Assembly: GCF_002087085.1 (NCBI RefSeq)
Contig: NZ_MWQY01000021.1
Coordinates: 1 to 64,000 of the forward strand
Direction of reading: 5' to 3'
Length of the DNA stretch: 64,000 nucleotides
Position numbers and translations under genes: made by a program. The notes below the pieces were generated by a model. The model saw only the letters and a list, made by a program, of their open reading frames with translations. It was not told where the DNA came from and made no database searches. This document shows positions 1 to 10,155 of this stretch, one piece after another; the first letter of the stretch is position 1; each line of letters starts with the position of its first letter.

Positions 1-235
1 GCTAGGGTAAAACCGCTGGCGGAGTTCATTTCTATTCGGAATCGCTCACTTTAGGTTACAATTATATTCTCAAAACTATACGTCGAAACTAAGGATTTTC
101 AGTACTCACATATTACCTTTTTAACCAAAAGATTTTCATTCTGGATATTATTTCATTATCCTCATTGATCTTATGAATAAACAACCATTATTGTAAATGT
201 TAGTTAATTTTCTTTTCAATATCGTTGTAGAGGTT

Positions 236-670
236 CTAAAAATCATTCGACTCCATTTTAATTATTTTTGCTTTTTTATCAGTATCAATCAGTTCAATAT
301 TCAGATTATTTCTTGCATATATAAATGCGATATCACCATTCTCAAAGGCTTCCCCCGGTTCAGGTTTTACTATAACACGCAATCCTTTTTTCTTTAATTC
401 TGAAATCTCAGTACTCAAGTCTTCACATTTAAAACAAATATGGTGCAATCCTCCCCCTTTCATTGAAAAAGCAAAAACATTTGATGTAGCATCTGTTGGC
501 TCTATCAATTTTATCAAGATAGAACCTTTTTTTTCTAGAAAAACTACCTTAACCTTTTGCCTAGTATTAACAACGATTTCTGTCTTCTGTTTGTAATCAA
601 AAACTTTCTCCCAATGAGCAATTCCGTCTTTAACTGATTTGACTACAATTCCTATGTGATCAATTATCAT
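236..670 (-). CDS. VOC/glyoxalase superfamily protein (methylmalonyl-CoA epimerase-like)
   Basis: IDHIGIVV, IKLIEP, GGGLHHICF and NIELI motifs of the VOC fold. Confidence 0.8.
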   Translation of the reverse strand: MIIDHIGIVVKSVKDGIAHWEKVFDYKQKTEIVVNTRQKVKVVFLEKKGSILIKLIEPTDATSNVFAFSMKGGGLHHICFKCEDLSTEISELKKKGLRVIVKPEPGEAFENGDIAFIYARNNLNIELIDTDKKAKIIKMESNDF

Positions 671-932
671 TTTCCACCTAATTCCTTACTTTTCTCTATT
701 TCTAATAATATCCATGCTGTTTTTTATCATCAAGCATAGCGTACTTCTTCCCACAGAAACAACCATAAAGGCTTTTTCTACTTTTCAACTTTTCTGCCAC
801 TTCAATAAATTGTTGATCATCTCTGTCACTATCAATTTGGTTTTCTAACAAAATAAATAGATACTATAAATATATTTATACCTAACTTTCAATAATATAT
901 TTAATTGGAAATTCCCAGCATAAATAAATGAA

Positions 933-1712
933 CTATATTGAGATTATACTCTCAACGATTTTTTTATACATCTCTAATTTTTTATGAGAATGATCGTTTT
1001 CCAAGACTAATACTTTAACTCCATTTTTTTTATAAAACTGACTAATACTTTCCAGCTGCCCTTCCATCTGCTGTAGACGCTCAAGCAATTCTAACATAGA
1101 ACACTGCTTAATGCGTTCAGGTATTCCCTGATTCCTTTTCTGCATCCTACGCATACACTCATCAGGTGGCGTTTTTACGAATACTACCATAGAAGGCTTG
1201 GGTATTTTCCTAAGATAATTCACGATGGAATTATCCGGAATCTCTATATGCGACTGGTTAAAAAAAGAAAGAGAGCGCTGTGAAAGACTCTCATCGAATA
1301 GAACAATAGCATCGTCCCCTATACTTTCATTTAGGAAAGAATATCTGCTCGCGCCTAGTAAAAAATATTTTAAGGCCATTTTTCTCTCTTTCTCTGATAT
1401 TTTTTCATACTCCGGTAGCTCAAAGTATGTTGAAAGGCTTTTTCCGTAAATACTTAAATAGCGAATTAGGTAGTGGGAGAAGTAATTAGATTTGCAGAAT
1501 ATAACTCCTATACGGTTTTCAAACAGAAGACGGGGAAAATATTTAACAAGAAAATGATACTTTGAATCTACATTTACTCTCTTCATCCCTAGAAGCAAAG
1601 CTCGGTTAGGAGAATATATTGGTGATCGACGGAGCATTCGATGTAAGAGAATATCCTTCATAATTGTTGATTTTCCCGAACCTGGTAGACCTATAATATC
1701 AATAAATTTCAT
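933..1712 (-). CDS. P-loop kinase (thymidylate/nucleotide kinase-like) of the EPS locus
   Basis: N-terminal Walker A GLPGSGKST, VLFDE, PSMVVFVKTPPDECMRR lid-like region. Confidence 0.6.
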   Translation of the reverse strand: MKFIDIIGLPGSGKSTIMKDILLHRMLRRSPIYSPNRALLLGMKRVNVDSKYHFLVKYFPRLLFENRIGVIFCKSNYFSHYLIRYLSIYGKSLSTYFELPEYEKISEKERKMALKYFLLGASRYSFLNESIGDDAIVLFDESLSQRSLSFFNQSHIEIPDNSIVNYLRKIPKPSMVVFVKTPPDECMRRMQKRNQGIPERIKQCSMLELLERLQQMEGQLESISQFYKKNGVKVLVLENDHSHKKLEMYKKIVESIISI

Positions 1713-1791
1713 ATTCTTGTCTTTTCTTTCACTCTATGGAACGTTAAAATAGTTGTTGTGTCAAAGTAAACATTGAAAACGAGGAATTAGC

Positions 1792-2919
1792 ATGTCTTTC
1801 TTAAAAAAAAACAATAGTATTTCGATCACTGTATACCCACACACTGAAATCTTTATCCGGAATAAGGTCAAAAGAGTTAAAAATGGTAAAATCTCTATTC
1901 TACTTAAGAATGGTGTCTATCTATGTCGCTATAAATGTCCCGGAAAGCCTTCCTTCACGCGACTCCTCTTTCTTAACAATCTAAAAGATGAAATATCCTT
2001 TGACTACCGTTTATTGCAAGATATGAGTGAACATCACTATAATGTTAAGGTACATAATCCTGAAAGACTTCCTTTTGAACCTGAAACCCTTAAAATTCCT
2101 GGAGCTCATGTGCATCTTGGAGTTCAACTGGGAGAAGGTCCTTCGACATCCTTAGGTTCTTACTCCATAAAACTAAGAAGCTTTGCTATTAGCAAATATG
2201 AAGTCACAAATAAACAGTTTTCTACTTTTGTCCAATCGACAGGTTATGTCACAGATGCTGAGCAATCAGGAGGAGGATTTAGCACCGATGGAAGGGGTCA
2301 TTGGCAATGGCTACCTTCCGCGCAATGGAGGCATCCATTTTTAAAAAACCGAATTTCCCTACCAGATGATCATCCTGTTGTTATGGTTAGCTGGGATGAT
2401 GCCATGGCCTATTGTAAGTGGCTCAGCAACATGACGAACAGAAACTACAGGCTGCCCAAAGAAGCGGAATGGGAATACGCAGCACGAGGCGAAGATCATC
2501 GTCTATTCCCCTGGACACGTTCTTTTAATGGTGATTTTCACAACTACTGCAATCACGGAAAAAGCCATAAGAAATCTTTAGGTAGAGGTTCTATTCATGA
2601 CGGGTACCTTCTAACTTCGCCAGTTAATGCATTCCCACGAGGAGTTAGCCCCTTCGGTGTGTGGGACATGTTAGGAAATGTAAAAGAATGGATGGAAGAT
2701 GATTTCATCTACTATGACGAAAAAAAGAACTCGCAACACGCAAATCAAAAGGAAGAACAATACGGATCTATAACTATTCATGGCATTCCCAAAACACTCC
2801 GCGGAACCGGTTTTTACGGAGATCCCCAAGGTTATTTTCTGAATGCAATCGCACGTAACAGTCATGTACATAAAGCTCGTTTTTCAGCCCTTGGTTTCAG
2901 GCTCGTTGAAGAATTATAG
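1792..2919 (+). CDS. Formylglycine-generating enzyme (FGE/SUMF1)-family domain protein
   Basis: FAISKYEVTN, HPVVMVSWDDAMAYCKWL, RLPKEAEWEYAARG, DMLGNVKEW, GFRLV. Confidence 0.85.
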   Translation: MSFLKKNNSISITVYPHTEIFIRNKVKRVKNGKISILLKNGVYLCRYKCPGKPSFTRLLFLNNLKDEISFDYRLLQDMSEHHYNVKVHNPERLPFEPETLKIPGAHVHLGVQLGEGPSTSLGSYSIKLRSFAISKYEVTNKQFSTFVQSTGYVTDAEQSGGGFSTDGRGHWQWLPSAQWRHPFLKNRISLPDDHPVVMVSWDDAMAYCKWLSNMTNRNYRLPKEAEWEYAARGEDHRLFPWTRSFNGDFHNYCNHGKSHKKSLGRGSIHDGYLLTSPVNAFPRGVSPFGVWDMLGNVKEWMEDDFIYYDEKKNSQHANQKEEQYGSITIHGIPKTLRGTGFYGDPQGYFLNAIARNSHVHKARFSALGFRLVEEL

Positions 2920-2974
2920 CTTGCGTGCCAACTTCCAAGGTTATGATAGATTAGCTTACCTTATCTGACAGAAG

Positions 2975-4204
2975 TTAGGGAGTTAGCCTTTCGGTTAAGT
3001 AAATTGCCTTATAGTTTACCGAGTAGTCATCTGTTGCCCCTATCTGTTCTAACCATACAATTGGTAGGGAGTCAGCGTCAGCTGGTAAATATTGAGGAAT
3101 TTGTACGTAGCGACACTTAGCGTCTTGAGCACTTATGAGCAAGCGCTCTGACGCCCATCCATCCTCGAAATTCCATTCTTTAAGATACACCTTAGCCTCA
3201 TCGATATAGACCATGAACAGGCTATTTCCCCAGGCAGATAACAGCGGAAACATTTCAACCTGATAGGATGCTTCTACGGTTACCGATGTCGGCCATGAAT
3301 CCCTCCATTTCTTGTAAGAATGACGTATCTGATAATCTTTTTCTTCTCCCTGAACCTGATCTACCCAGACCACATGAATCCAGCCATCTTGTGTTTGTGT
3401 TGTTGAATACTGACGAGTCATATTATCATCCCATATGATGTCGATCGCATCGGTATCAGCACTAAACCCATTGGTATCGTTATCATAACGATATATTTTG
3501 ATAGTGTTTGGATCTCCAGATGTACCACTCCCCTCATTCCAAGAGACAAGTGCAATTGCCCCGTCAATGATCACTGAACCGATCCGTGACTCTCTTACTG
3601 GAGTGAAAATCTCATAAGGGCCATTCCAACTCTCACCATTGTTGGTAGAACGGTAATATTTAACAGCATCTTGATCATCGTTAGCATTTCGAGTAAATAT
3701 TATAACATCACTCCCAACAGCATTTATATTGCCAGATGTTTGGTCGTTTTGAGTATAAGCATCTATTTCAATCGCAGGATTGAATTCAAGGCTGCCGTTT
3801 TTGTTTACAAGGCGAAGATATTCACCTGGATCTCCTCGATTAATAAAGTGGATATTGTCATCTCCATCTCTTGCGATACTTAAATGACGTTCCCAGCCCT
3901 GAGAATCACTCCAATTCCAGCTATCCCCGCCATCTGAGGAGTAGTAGGTGTCTAAACCAGAATCGGACTCCATGGCAAGCCAGATTTTTTTCGGATCTAA
4001 AGACGATTGGACAATCTTATAACGAGGGATTCCGAGAAGTGAGTCTTTATTAGCACCGGAAGCTTTTATCGTCACAATCTCGGAACTGGGGGGATTAGGG
4101 TCAGTGTTAATAGATTCTGAGTCATTCTTTGTATCAGAAAAGCTACAGCCCATTAACAAGAATATAAGAACACAACGCCAGGCATCTTTATAAAAGCTAT
4201 TCAT
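2975..4204 (-). CDS. Lipoprotein with BNR/Asp-box repeats (sialidase-like beta-propeller)
   Basis: Lipobox LLMG-C; Asp boxes YSSDGGDSW and RSTNNGESW. Confidence 0.65.
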   Translation of the reverse strand: MNSFYKDAWRCVLIFLLMGCSFSDTKNDSESINTDPNPPSSEIVTIKASGANKDSLLGIPRYKIVQSSLDPKKIWLAMESDSGLDTYYSSDGGDSWNWSDSQGWERHLSIARDGDDNIHFINRGDPGEYLRLVNKNGSLEFNPAIEIDAYTQNDQTSGNINAVGSDVIIFTRNANDDQDAVKYYRSTNNGESWNGPYEIFTPVRESRIGSVIIDGAIALVSWNEGSGTSGDPNTIKIYRYDNDTNGFSADTDAIDIIWDDNMTRQYSTTQTQDGWIHVVWVDQVQGEEKDYQIRHSYKKWRDSWPTSVTVEASYQVEMFPLLSAWGNSLFMVYIDEAKVYLKEWNFEDGWASERLLISAQDAKCRYVQIPQYLPADADSLPIVWLEQIGATDDYSVNYKAIYLTERLTP

Positions 4205-5409
4205 TATACATCTCCAAGATTTTTATCTCTCTTAGCATTGTTCTCTACAACAGATTTTTCCAGACAATCAACTATTTTCTCTGCAATAACTCTATTATCA
4301 TAACGCTTCACTATTTTTTGATCTTCACGCGCATACTGTTTTAACTCTTCATAATTGAGATAGGCTGAAACTAACTTCTCAGAAAAAGATTCCAAGTTGT
4401 TTTCTGCAAAACTTATAGAACGAAATTCTTTTTTCAAGAAAAGTGTCGCCTCTGTACCAGTAGTTACAATGGGAACTGCCAGACTTAAGGCATCAAAAAT
4501 TTTTATAGGACGTATTGCCCGAGCCATCTCTTTTTTGTCGTCAATGGGTACTACATAAAGGTCGATTAACTCGGTGAAAAGAGGTGCATCTTGATAGTCT
4601 ACCTTACCAAATAAAGTAATAGGTAAGTGTTCCTTTTCTTCCAGTAATTTTAGCTCAGGCTCAAGAATCCCTTCCCCTCCTATCAAAAAATAGGATTCAG
4701 GAATTTTTTTATGAATGGTCTTTATGAGGGGAATTAGAATATCTTCTATACCTTTAAACGGAGACATATGCCCAAGCCAACCTATAACAAATTTCTGAGA
4801 TAAAAAGTCAAGCTCATGAGGTCGTTCTTTTTTGAGTGAATGAAAAACTTCAAGGTTAGTACCAAACCAAGTGACCTTTATCTTATCTTGCGGAGCACCA
4901 TTGTATATGAGTAATTTTCTTAATTCCTCTGTTGGTACTAAAACAAGATCGACACTCCGATAAATAGAGTTCATACACGATTTCAATTTTTTTGGTCTCT
5001 TTACCACACCAGAAGCTGTCTTATATTCATAGATAGGATCAACAGGGTCATAGACGAGTTTAATACTAAAAATTTTTAACAGCTTCACATAGAGTCGAAG
5101 ATAAGTATGGCTACGTTCATTCCATCCAGAGATCCAGAGCATCTTTATGCCATGAATTTTTAATACAACTGCTATATACAAGGGATAGAATAAGTATTTT
5201 AGTAATTTGGGTACTTTTTTCTCATTGAGAATTTTACAACTGAAGAATTCTTTGTAAAATCCCTGATTTTCAGTATTGCAAGTAAAGAACCACTTAACTT
5301 TATATCCTCGGGAAAGAAGAACGCGCGAAATATAATATTCCCTATAATTACTTGGTATCTTAATAGCCCTGTTAAACACAAAGGCAATCCGTGATATATT
5401 ATCCTGCAT
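4204..5409 (-). CDS. Glycosyltransferase family 4 (GT-B)
   Basis: VIGWLGHMSPFKGIE, PIKIFDALSLAVPIVTT; EPS operon context. Confidence 0.8.
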   Translation of the reverse strand: MQDNISRIAFVFNRAIKIPSNYREYYISRVLLSRGYKVKWFFTCNTENQGFYKEFFSCKILNEKKVPKLLKYLFYPLYIAVVLKIHGIKMLWISGWNERSHTYLRLYVKLLKIFSIKLVYDPVDPIYEYKTASGVVKRPKKLKSCMNSIYRSVDLVLVPTEELRKLLIYNGAPQDKIKVTWFGTNLEVFHSLKKERPHELDFLSQKFVIGWLGHMSPFKGIEDILIPLIKTIHKKIPESYFLIGGEGILEPELKLLEEKEHLPITLFGKVDYQDAPLFTELIDLYVVPIDDKKEMARAIRPIKIFDALSLAVPIVTTGTEATLFLKKEFRSISFAENNLESFSEKLVSAYLNYEELKQYAREDQKIVKRYDNRVIAEKIVDCLEKSVVENNAKRDKNLGDV

Positions 5410-6067
5410 CAGGTTCCTTTTCCTTTTTTAATCCGCTCCCCCATCCCATGAACGCACCAATTCTGCTTCTAGGGCCAACGACCTTGGCGGGATTTCCCGA
5501 AAGTACACTGTAAGGCTTGATGAACATCTTACCTACCACAGATTTCGGGAATACTACACAGCCCTCAGGAATAACAGTCCCAGGCTTGATAAAAGAATCT
5601 GCACCAATCCAGCAGTCAGCTCCAATAACAACAGGCTTTCCTTCAAACCCCTGTTGTAAAATAGGTATTTCTAAGTCTTTGAAGAGATGGTTAACAGTCC
5701 ATATTTTGACCCCAGGACCAAAAATAGTGTTTTCCCCTATCTCGATCCCCCCACCAGCCTGAAACATGCAACCAGAGGCAATACCAACATTATCTCCGAG
5801 TCGTATTTTATAGGGAAACTTAAATCGGTTACCCGGGTCTATCATTATCGATTTACCAGCAGCAGCAAAAAAGTGGGATACAATCCTATATCGAAAATAG
5901 CGACCTAAATAACCAGGCGTCTCGCGAAAAACACTTTCGATATATTCATAAATTCCTCTATGACTAAACAAATCTTTTTTTAGAGACGTGAAAAATCCAA
6001 ATACTTTAACAGGATTTGACTTAGTTATCAGCCATGGTTTATCTTTCACTTTTTCTCCTAGCTTCAA
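5399..6067 (-). CDS. Hexapeptide-repeat O-acyltransferase (WcaF/LacA-like)
   Basis: IRLGDNVGI, IEIGENTIFGPGV, VVIGADCWIG, GNPAKV. Confidence 0.85.
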   Translation of the reverse strand: MKLGEKVKDKPWLITKSNPVKVFGFFTSLKKDLFSHRGIYEYIESVFRETPGYLGRYFRYRIVSHFFAAAGKSIMIDPGNRFKFPYKIRLGDNVGIASGCMFQAGGGIEIGENTIFGPGVKIWTVNHLFKDLEIPILQQGFEGKPVVIGADCWIGADSFIKPGTVIPEGCVVFPKSVVGKMFIKPYSVLSGNPAKVVGPRSRIGAFMGWGSGLKKEKEPDAG

Positions 6068-7016
6068 TAGGCCTCGCTTTGTACCCCATCATCCGGATCA
6101 ACTCGTAATTCCACCCTAAACCCTGTGCAGGTTTCCATCGTTTGACTATTCTTAATTTATTAGGGAAAGAAATAAAAGTGTATAAAAAATACCCCCCCCA
6201 CTTAAAAAAAGATAGCACCCTCACGACAAGCCAGAATATAATGAAGCGATCATAAAGACGCTCTTCATACATAACCCGCAGCCTTGCTCCTCCTCGTCCA
6301 CTAGTGAAAGCCCGTTTAATAATACTACTTTTTTGTAGAAGACTCGCCGGAACTCGATGACCAATTTTTATAGAAGGATCGTAAAGAATAGAATACCCTT
6401 TTTTTCTAAGAGTATTTAAAAAAGAGGTTTCACTCCCCATTATCCTGTTTTTTGGTCGAGGTCCTATTGTTTCATCGAATCGCATACCTTGGTCAAAGAT
6501 TTCTTTTCGCATCCATATATTTGTACCTACAGGATTCTTATCGACACTAAAAGATTTTGCTTCTGATCCCAAATCAAGCTTTGAGAAAGCCAGACCCTGA
6601 GATGCAAGCACTTTCGCCCAATACGGAATCTCTTGTTCAGGCCATATCAGGAAAACATTACCACCGAACACAGAGTATTCATTCCACTTCCTAACAGAAG
6701 CTTTTAGACGAGAAAACAAGTCTCTCGGAAATGTCACATCATCATCAGTAAAAAAAACAACATCACCAAGCTCAAGTTTATCCAGAGCGCAGTTAAGGGC
6801 ACAGTTTTTCCCTTGCTTCCTTTCAAATATATATGAAATAGGTAGCTTTGCGGAGAATCTCTCAATAACAGAAATGGTAGAGTCAGTACTATTGTTATTT
6901 ATAATCGCGACCTCAACTCTGTGACCAGAAAAATCAACGACGCTGAGGGATTCTAGTGTTTTCTCAAGCATATCACTATTATTATAGGTAGGTATAAGCA
7001 TAGTAACATCAATCAA
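6039..7016 (-). CDS. Glycosyltransferase family 2
   Basis: LIPTYN, NNNSTD, GKNCALN, FTDDD. Confidence 0.9.
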   Translation of the reverse strand: MIDVTMLIPTYNNSDMLEKTLESLSVVDFSGHRVEVAIINNNSTDSTISVIERFSAKLPISYIFERKQGKNCALNCALDKLELGDVVFFTDDDVTFPRDLFSRLKASVRKWNEYSVFGGNVFLIWPEQEIPYWAKVLASQGLAFSKLDLGSEAKSFSVDKNPVGTNIWMRKEIFDQGMRFDETIGPRPKNRIMGSETSFLNTLRKKGYSILYDPSIKIGHRVPASLLQKSSIIKRAFTSGRGGARLRVMYEERLYDRFIIFWLVVRVLSFFKWGGYFLYTFISFPNKLRIVKRWKPAQGLGWNYELIRMMGYKARPIEARRKSER

Positions 7017-8424
7017 AAATAACTCCTTTTTCGCTTTTTCGAGCTACAAGCAGAATAGAAGATCCAAGGAGAACATCAAAAATATGCAGACTTATTTTTG
7101 AGAAAGCATGTGCTCTTCCCTTCATGAGGTATTTTCTCCGTGTTATGTGATAATCGCTCTGTACAAGCCATTTTTTTACTTTCCCGTAATCCGTTAAACG
7201 AAATGCTGAATTTATCTTTTTGGCTTCTGTTCCAAGTTTTTTCAGAATTTTTCTATACTTCAAATTTTTTCTATTTAAAGAAATAATAAAAAGCTGGCCA
7301 TCTTTATCAAGGAATTTCTTTAGTCCATATAGTAAACCGGTAGGATTTTCTATATATTCTAATACATACCGCACTAAAATAATATCAAATTTTCTGTTTT
7401 TCAATACTGTCTCGGCTTTATTCATATCGGCTGAAAGGACCTCTATACCTTTCATCCTGCTGCTAATACCAATTAAGTCATCGACTGGAATCGCAGTGAC
7501 TGTCTTGCCTTTTTTTATTAACTGTGCTTCAAACTCACCTGAACCACAGCCAACAGAAAGAACTCTTTTTCCGGGAACGTCGATATTTTTTTCAGGTAAC
7601 TCTTGAAGCTTTTCATAAATTAACTTATCAAAGTACCAAGTCTCTTTTAGTGCACCAGGATTAAAAAAAGATTTAAGTTTTACTTTATTGCTTCTCAACA
7701 AATCTAACTGTGCTGAAAATTCATCAAATGGAATGCCAAGTTTTCCGATATATATGTCCGGCAGATGATGTAGTAGACAGTCGTCGATTTCTGATATACA
7801 GATCATTTTATTAAAACCACACTGAGTATAAGGATCGGTCGCGGCTGAACATAGTAGATCATATTTTCCTGCATGTGGAGGAACCATAAATCCCTTCGAT
7901 CGAATTGCACTCTTAAGTTGTTTGCGTGTTAGCATAAACGAGGCAGAGTGCAGGTTAGAAAAGTAAGCAAAGGAATATGGTCCTACTTGCAATACTGAAT
8001 CGATATCCCAGTAAAAATGAGAATGTACTGAAGAAATATATTTTTTTTTATCCGAACTTTCTTCATACCTTAAAAAACCTGGGATATATGCATCTGGTAG
8101 ATATTCATTCCATATCATAAAGGAATCTACATGCCGTTCTTCGATCAATGTATCGTCTTCTGAATAGATAAAAAGATCGTATTCATCTTGTTGTCTAAAA
8201 AATATCTCTTTGTGTCTAAAAGGCAAACTCCAAGGATTTTTTGAAGGTAGACCTATACAGACTCTAATATCCGGTGCGTAATTTTTTGCGATATTCGACA
8301 TGATTACAATCTCTACATCATGCCGCATTCGCCTGTAAGACTCTATTAAAAGTTTCACATAATGATCGTTTTTACTACCATAATTTGCTATGGCTACTAA
8401 TATTTTTAATTTATTCTTCATCAC
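7009..8424 (-). CDS. Two-domain protein: N-terminal GT-A-like domain plus C-terminal class I SAM methyltransferase
   Basis: N-terminal FIYSEDD acidic motif; C-terminal VLSVGCGSG, FDIILVRYVLEYI, LDKDG. Confidence 0.6.
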   Translation of the reverse strand: MMKNKLKILVAIANYGSKNDHYVKLLIESYRRMRHDVEIVIMSNIAKNYAPDIRVCIGLPSKNPWSLPFRHKEIFFRQQDEYDLFIYSEDDTLIEERHVDSFMIWNEYLPDAYIPGFLRYEESSDKKKYISSVHSHFYWDIDSVLQVGPYSFAYFSNLHSASFMLTRKQLKSAIRSKGFMVPPHAGKYDLLCSAATDPYTQCGFNKMICISEIDDCLLHHLPDIYIGKLGIPFDEFSAQLDLLRSNKVKLKSFFNPGALKETWYFDKLIYEKLQELPEKNIDVPGKRVLSVGCGSGEFEAQLIKKGKTVTAIPVDDLIGISSRMKGIEVLSADMNKAETVLKNRKFDIILVRYVLEYIENPTGLLYGLKKFLDKDGQLFIISLNRKNLKYRKILKKLGTEAKKINSAFRLTDYGKVKKWLVQSDYHITRRKYLMKGRAHAFSKISLHIFDVLLGSSILLVARKSEKGVIFD

Positions 8425-9983
8425 ATTTTTCTCAGTTTTCGATATTTTCTTTCGAAAAGTTTTTTTAGGTCCTCTTTATCATTGGACATGAGACAGAACT
8501 TCAGAAGAACAAAAACGTACACTCCAAGACCTATCAGTGTCTCAATTCCTAAAAGAAACCAACTGTCTGGTGTTTTCAACACCTTGAGGAACAATAGGAA
8601 CATAAAGCTTATCACTGCTGGCATATTCCCAGGAATAATTGTTTCGTGAATCCACTGCTTATATCCGAGGTGAGCAAGCTTCAAGCCCAAAGGTATTTCT
8701 AAGAAAGGTTTTATAAAAATAAATACTAATGCTGTCGATAGAGCAGAACCAAAAGCTCCTAATTGTTTATATCCCACCAGGTAAAGAGTCAACAGTAGAT
8801 TGATAATCTGCATAAATATAGACCTTAAGGCCACCGGTTTTATCTGCCCTGATGCTACAGCAATTTTATGTGTCATACGGATACCTAAGGTTAAAATCTC
8901 AGACCCAAGTATTAATAGAGAAACTGTTCCAGCAAGAAGATATTTTTCACCCACATACAATCGCATAAACTCTTGATTAAAAACCATGACAGGGATACTA
9001 AAAAATAATACAGCCCAAGTAGCATACCTTCCGAACCGTGTGAAAGTCCTTCGTATCTTTTCAAAGTCTTTAGATACATATAATGAGGTAAGACCAGGCA
9101 TGATTGGCTCAGTGATCAATAAAAGGGCATCCTCAATTTGTTTCTGAAAAAGAAAGCCAAGATGAAATGAGGTTACGTCAAAGGGTGTTGCGAATTTATT
9201 GAGAATTATGGGATCCGCACTAGTTCTTATACGATTAGCAATCCGTCCCACAAAAGCCCAACCTCCATAAGAAAGTAGTTTTTTTCCTCTTTCCCAAGAA
9301 AATGAGTTAAATGAAAATCTTAGCTCGGGTAAAGCCTTTTTTGAGAAAAATACTGTCAATGACAATCTTATTATATTCGCAGTTTCCATAGAAACAACAA
9401 CCCAAAGCACTCTATTACTTATCCTGGTAAGCAAGAAAAAAAGAAGCAGAGCACGAAAAATTGTAGTTAGTACATTGAAAACATTTATAAGAATGAATTT
9501 TTGTTTAACAAAAAGACCTACAGTAAATGGCATCAATGCTAATTGTAGACAAAATGAGAAAACCATAATGCCAAACATTATTTTTGCATCCAATACAAAC
9601 TGGCTTTTTATATTTAGTATGATATTTACATGCAATGAGAAAAACAGACCCGCAACAAAAAGAACCGTAGCTACCGATACCTGGAGGATAACCATGGTAC
9701 TGGTCATCTCTTTCACACCATCGATATCATTAAGTGAATATGCTTCGGTGATATATCTGGCAACTCCACTAGTTAAAATTGTTCGTACGATTGTAACGAG
9801 CATCATAACCGATAAGACGACTGGGTAAATACTGTACTCAGCCGCACTTATTCTACGCAGCAAATACTGTTGAAGCCAAATTAGTATTATGAGATTGATT
9901 CCTCTGGCTATCACCGCACTCAAAGAGTTGAAAGCAAGAAGTTTTTTATTAAATTGAATTATATTATTTGATTTTTTCGTAAT
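8421..9983 (-). CDS. wzx: Oligosaccharide flippase (Wzx/MOP family); start either ATT at 9983 or TTG at 9923
   Basis: Many hydrophobic helices; LLSYGGWAFV, DPIILNKF, GAFGSALST; frame open up to an in-frame TAG at 9996-9998, with AGGAAGG just before ATT. Confidence 0.8.
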   Translation of the reverse strand: MTKKSNNIIQFNKKLLAFNSLSAVIARGINLIILIWLQQYLLRRISAAEYSIYPVVLSVMMLVTIVRTILTSGVARYITEAYSLNDIDGVKEMTSTMVILQVSVATVLFVAGLFFSLHVNIILNIKSQFVLDAKIMFGIMVFSFCLQLALMPFTVGLFVKQKFILINVFNVLTTIFRALLLFFLLTRISNRVLWVVVSMETANIIRLSLTVFFSKKALPELRFSFNSFSWERGKKLLSYGGWAFVGRIANRIRTSADPIILNKFATPFDVTSFHLGFLFQKQIEDALLLITEPIMPGLTSLYVSKDFEKIRRTFTRFGRYATWAVLFFSIPVMVFNQEFMRLYVGEKYLLAGTVSLLILGSEILTLGIRMTHKIAVASGQIKPVALRSIFMQIINLLLTLYLVGYKQLGAFGSALSTALVFIFIKPFLEIPLGLKLAHLGYKQWIHETIIPGNMPAVISFMFLLFLKVLKTPDSWFLLGIETLIGLGVYVFVLLKFCLMSNDKEDLKKLFERKYRKLRKM

Positions 9984-10155
9984 TTTTCTTCCTTCCTATG
10001 ATGAATAACAAATCTAAACAATATTTTTCTAATATAGAAGTAAACGAAAGTACTATAAGACTTATCAGATAGAAATGAAAAAGGGGCATATCCTTCTGAT
10101 GACGATAAAACCAACAGAAGGAGTAACGTATGCCCCACAACAAATATATCCCCTT

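Noticed and set aside
700..860. Roughly 49-codon minus-strand ORF between the kinase and VOC genes
   Set aside because: No RBS or recognisable motif; could be a remnant or noise.
1792..2919. DGR target gene (FGE/CLec fold)
   Set aside because: No reverse transcriptase or template repeat seen in the window.
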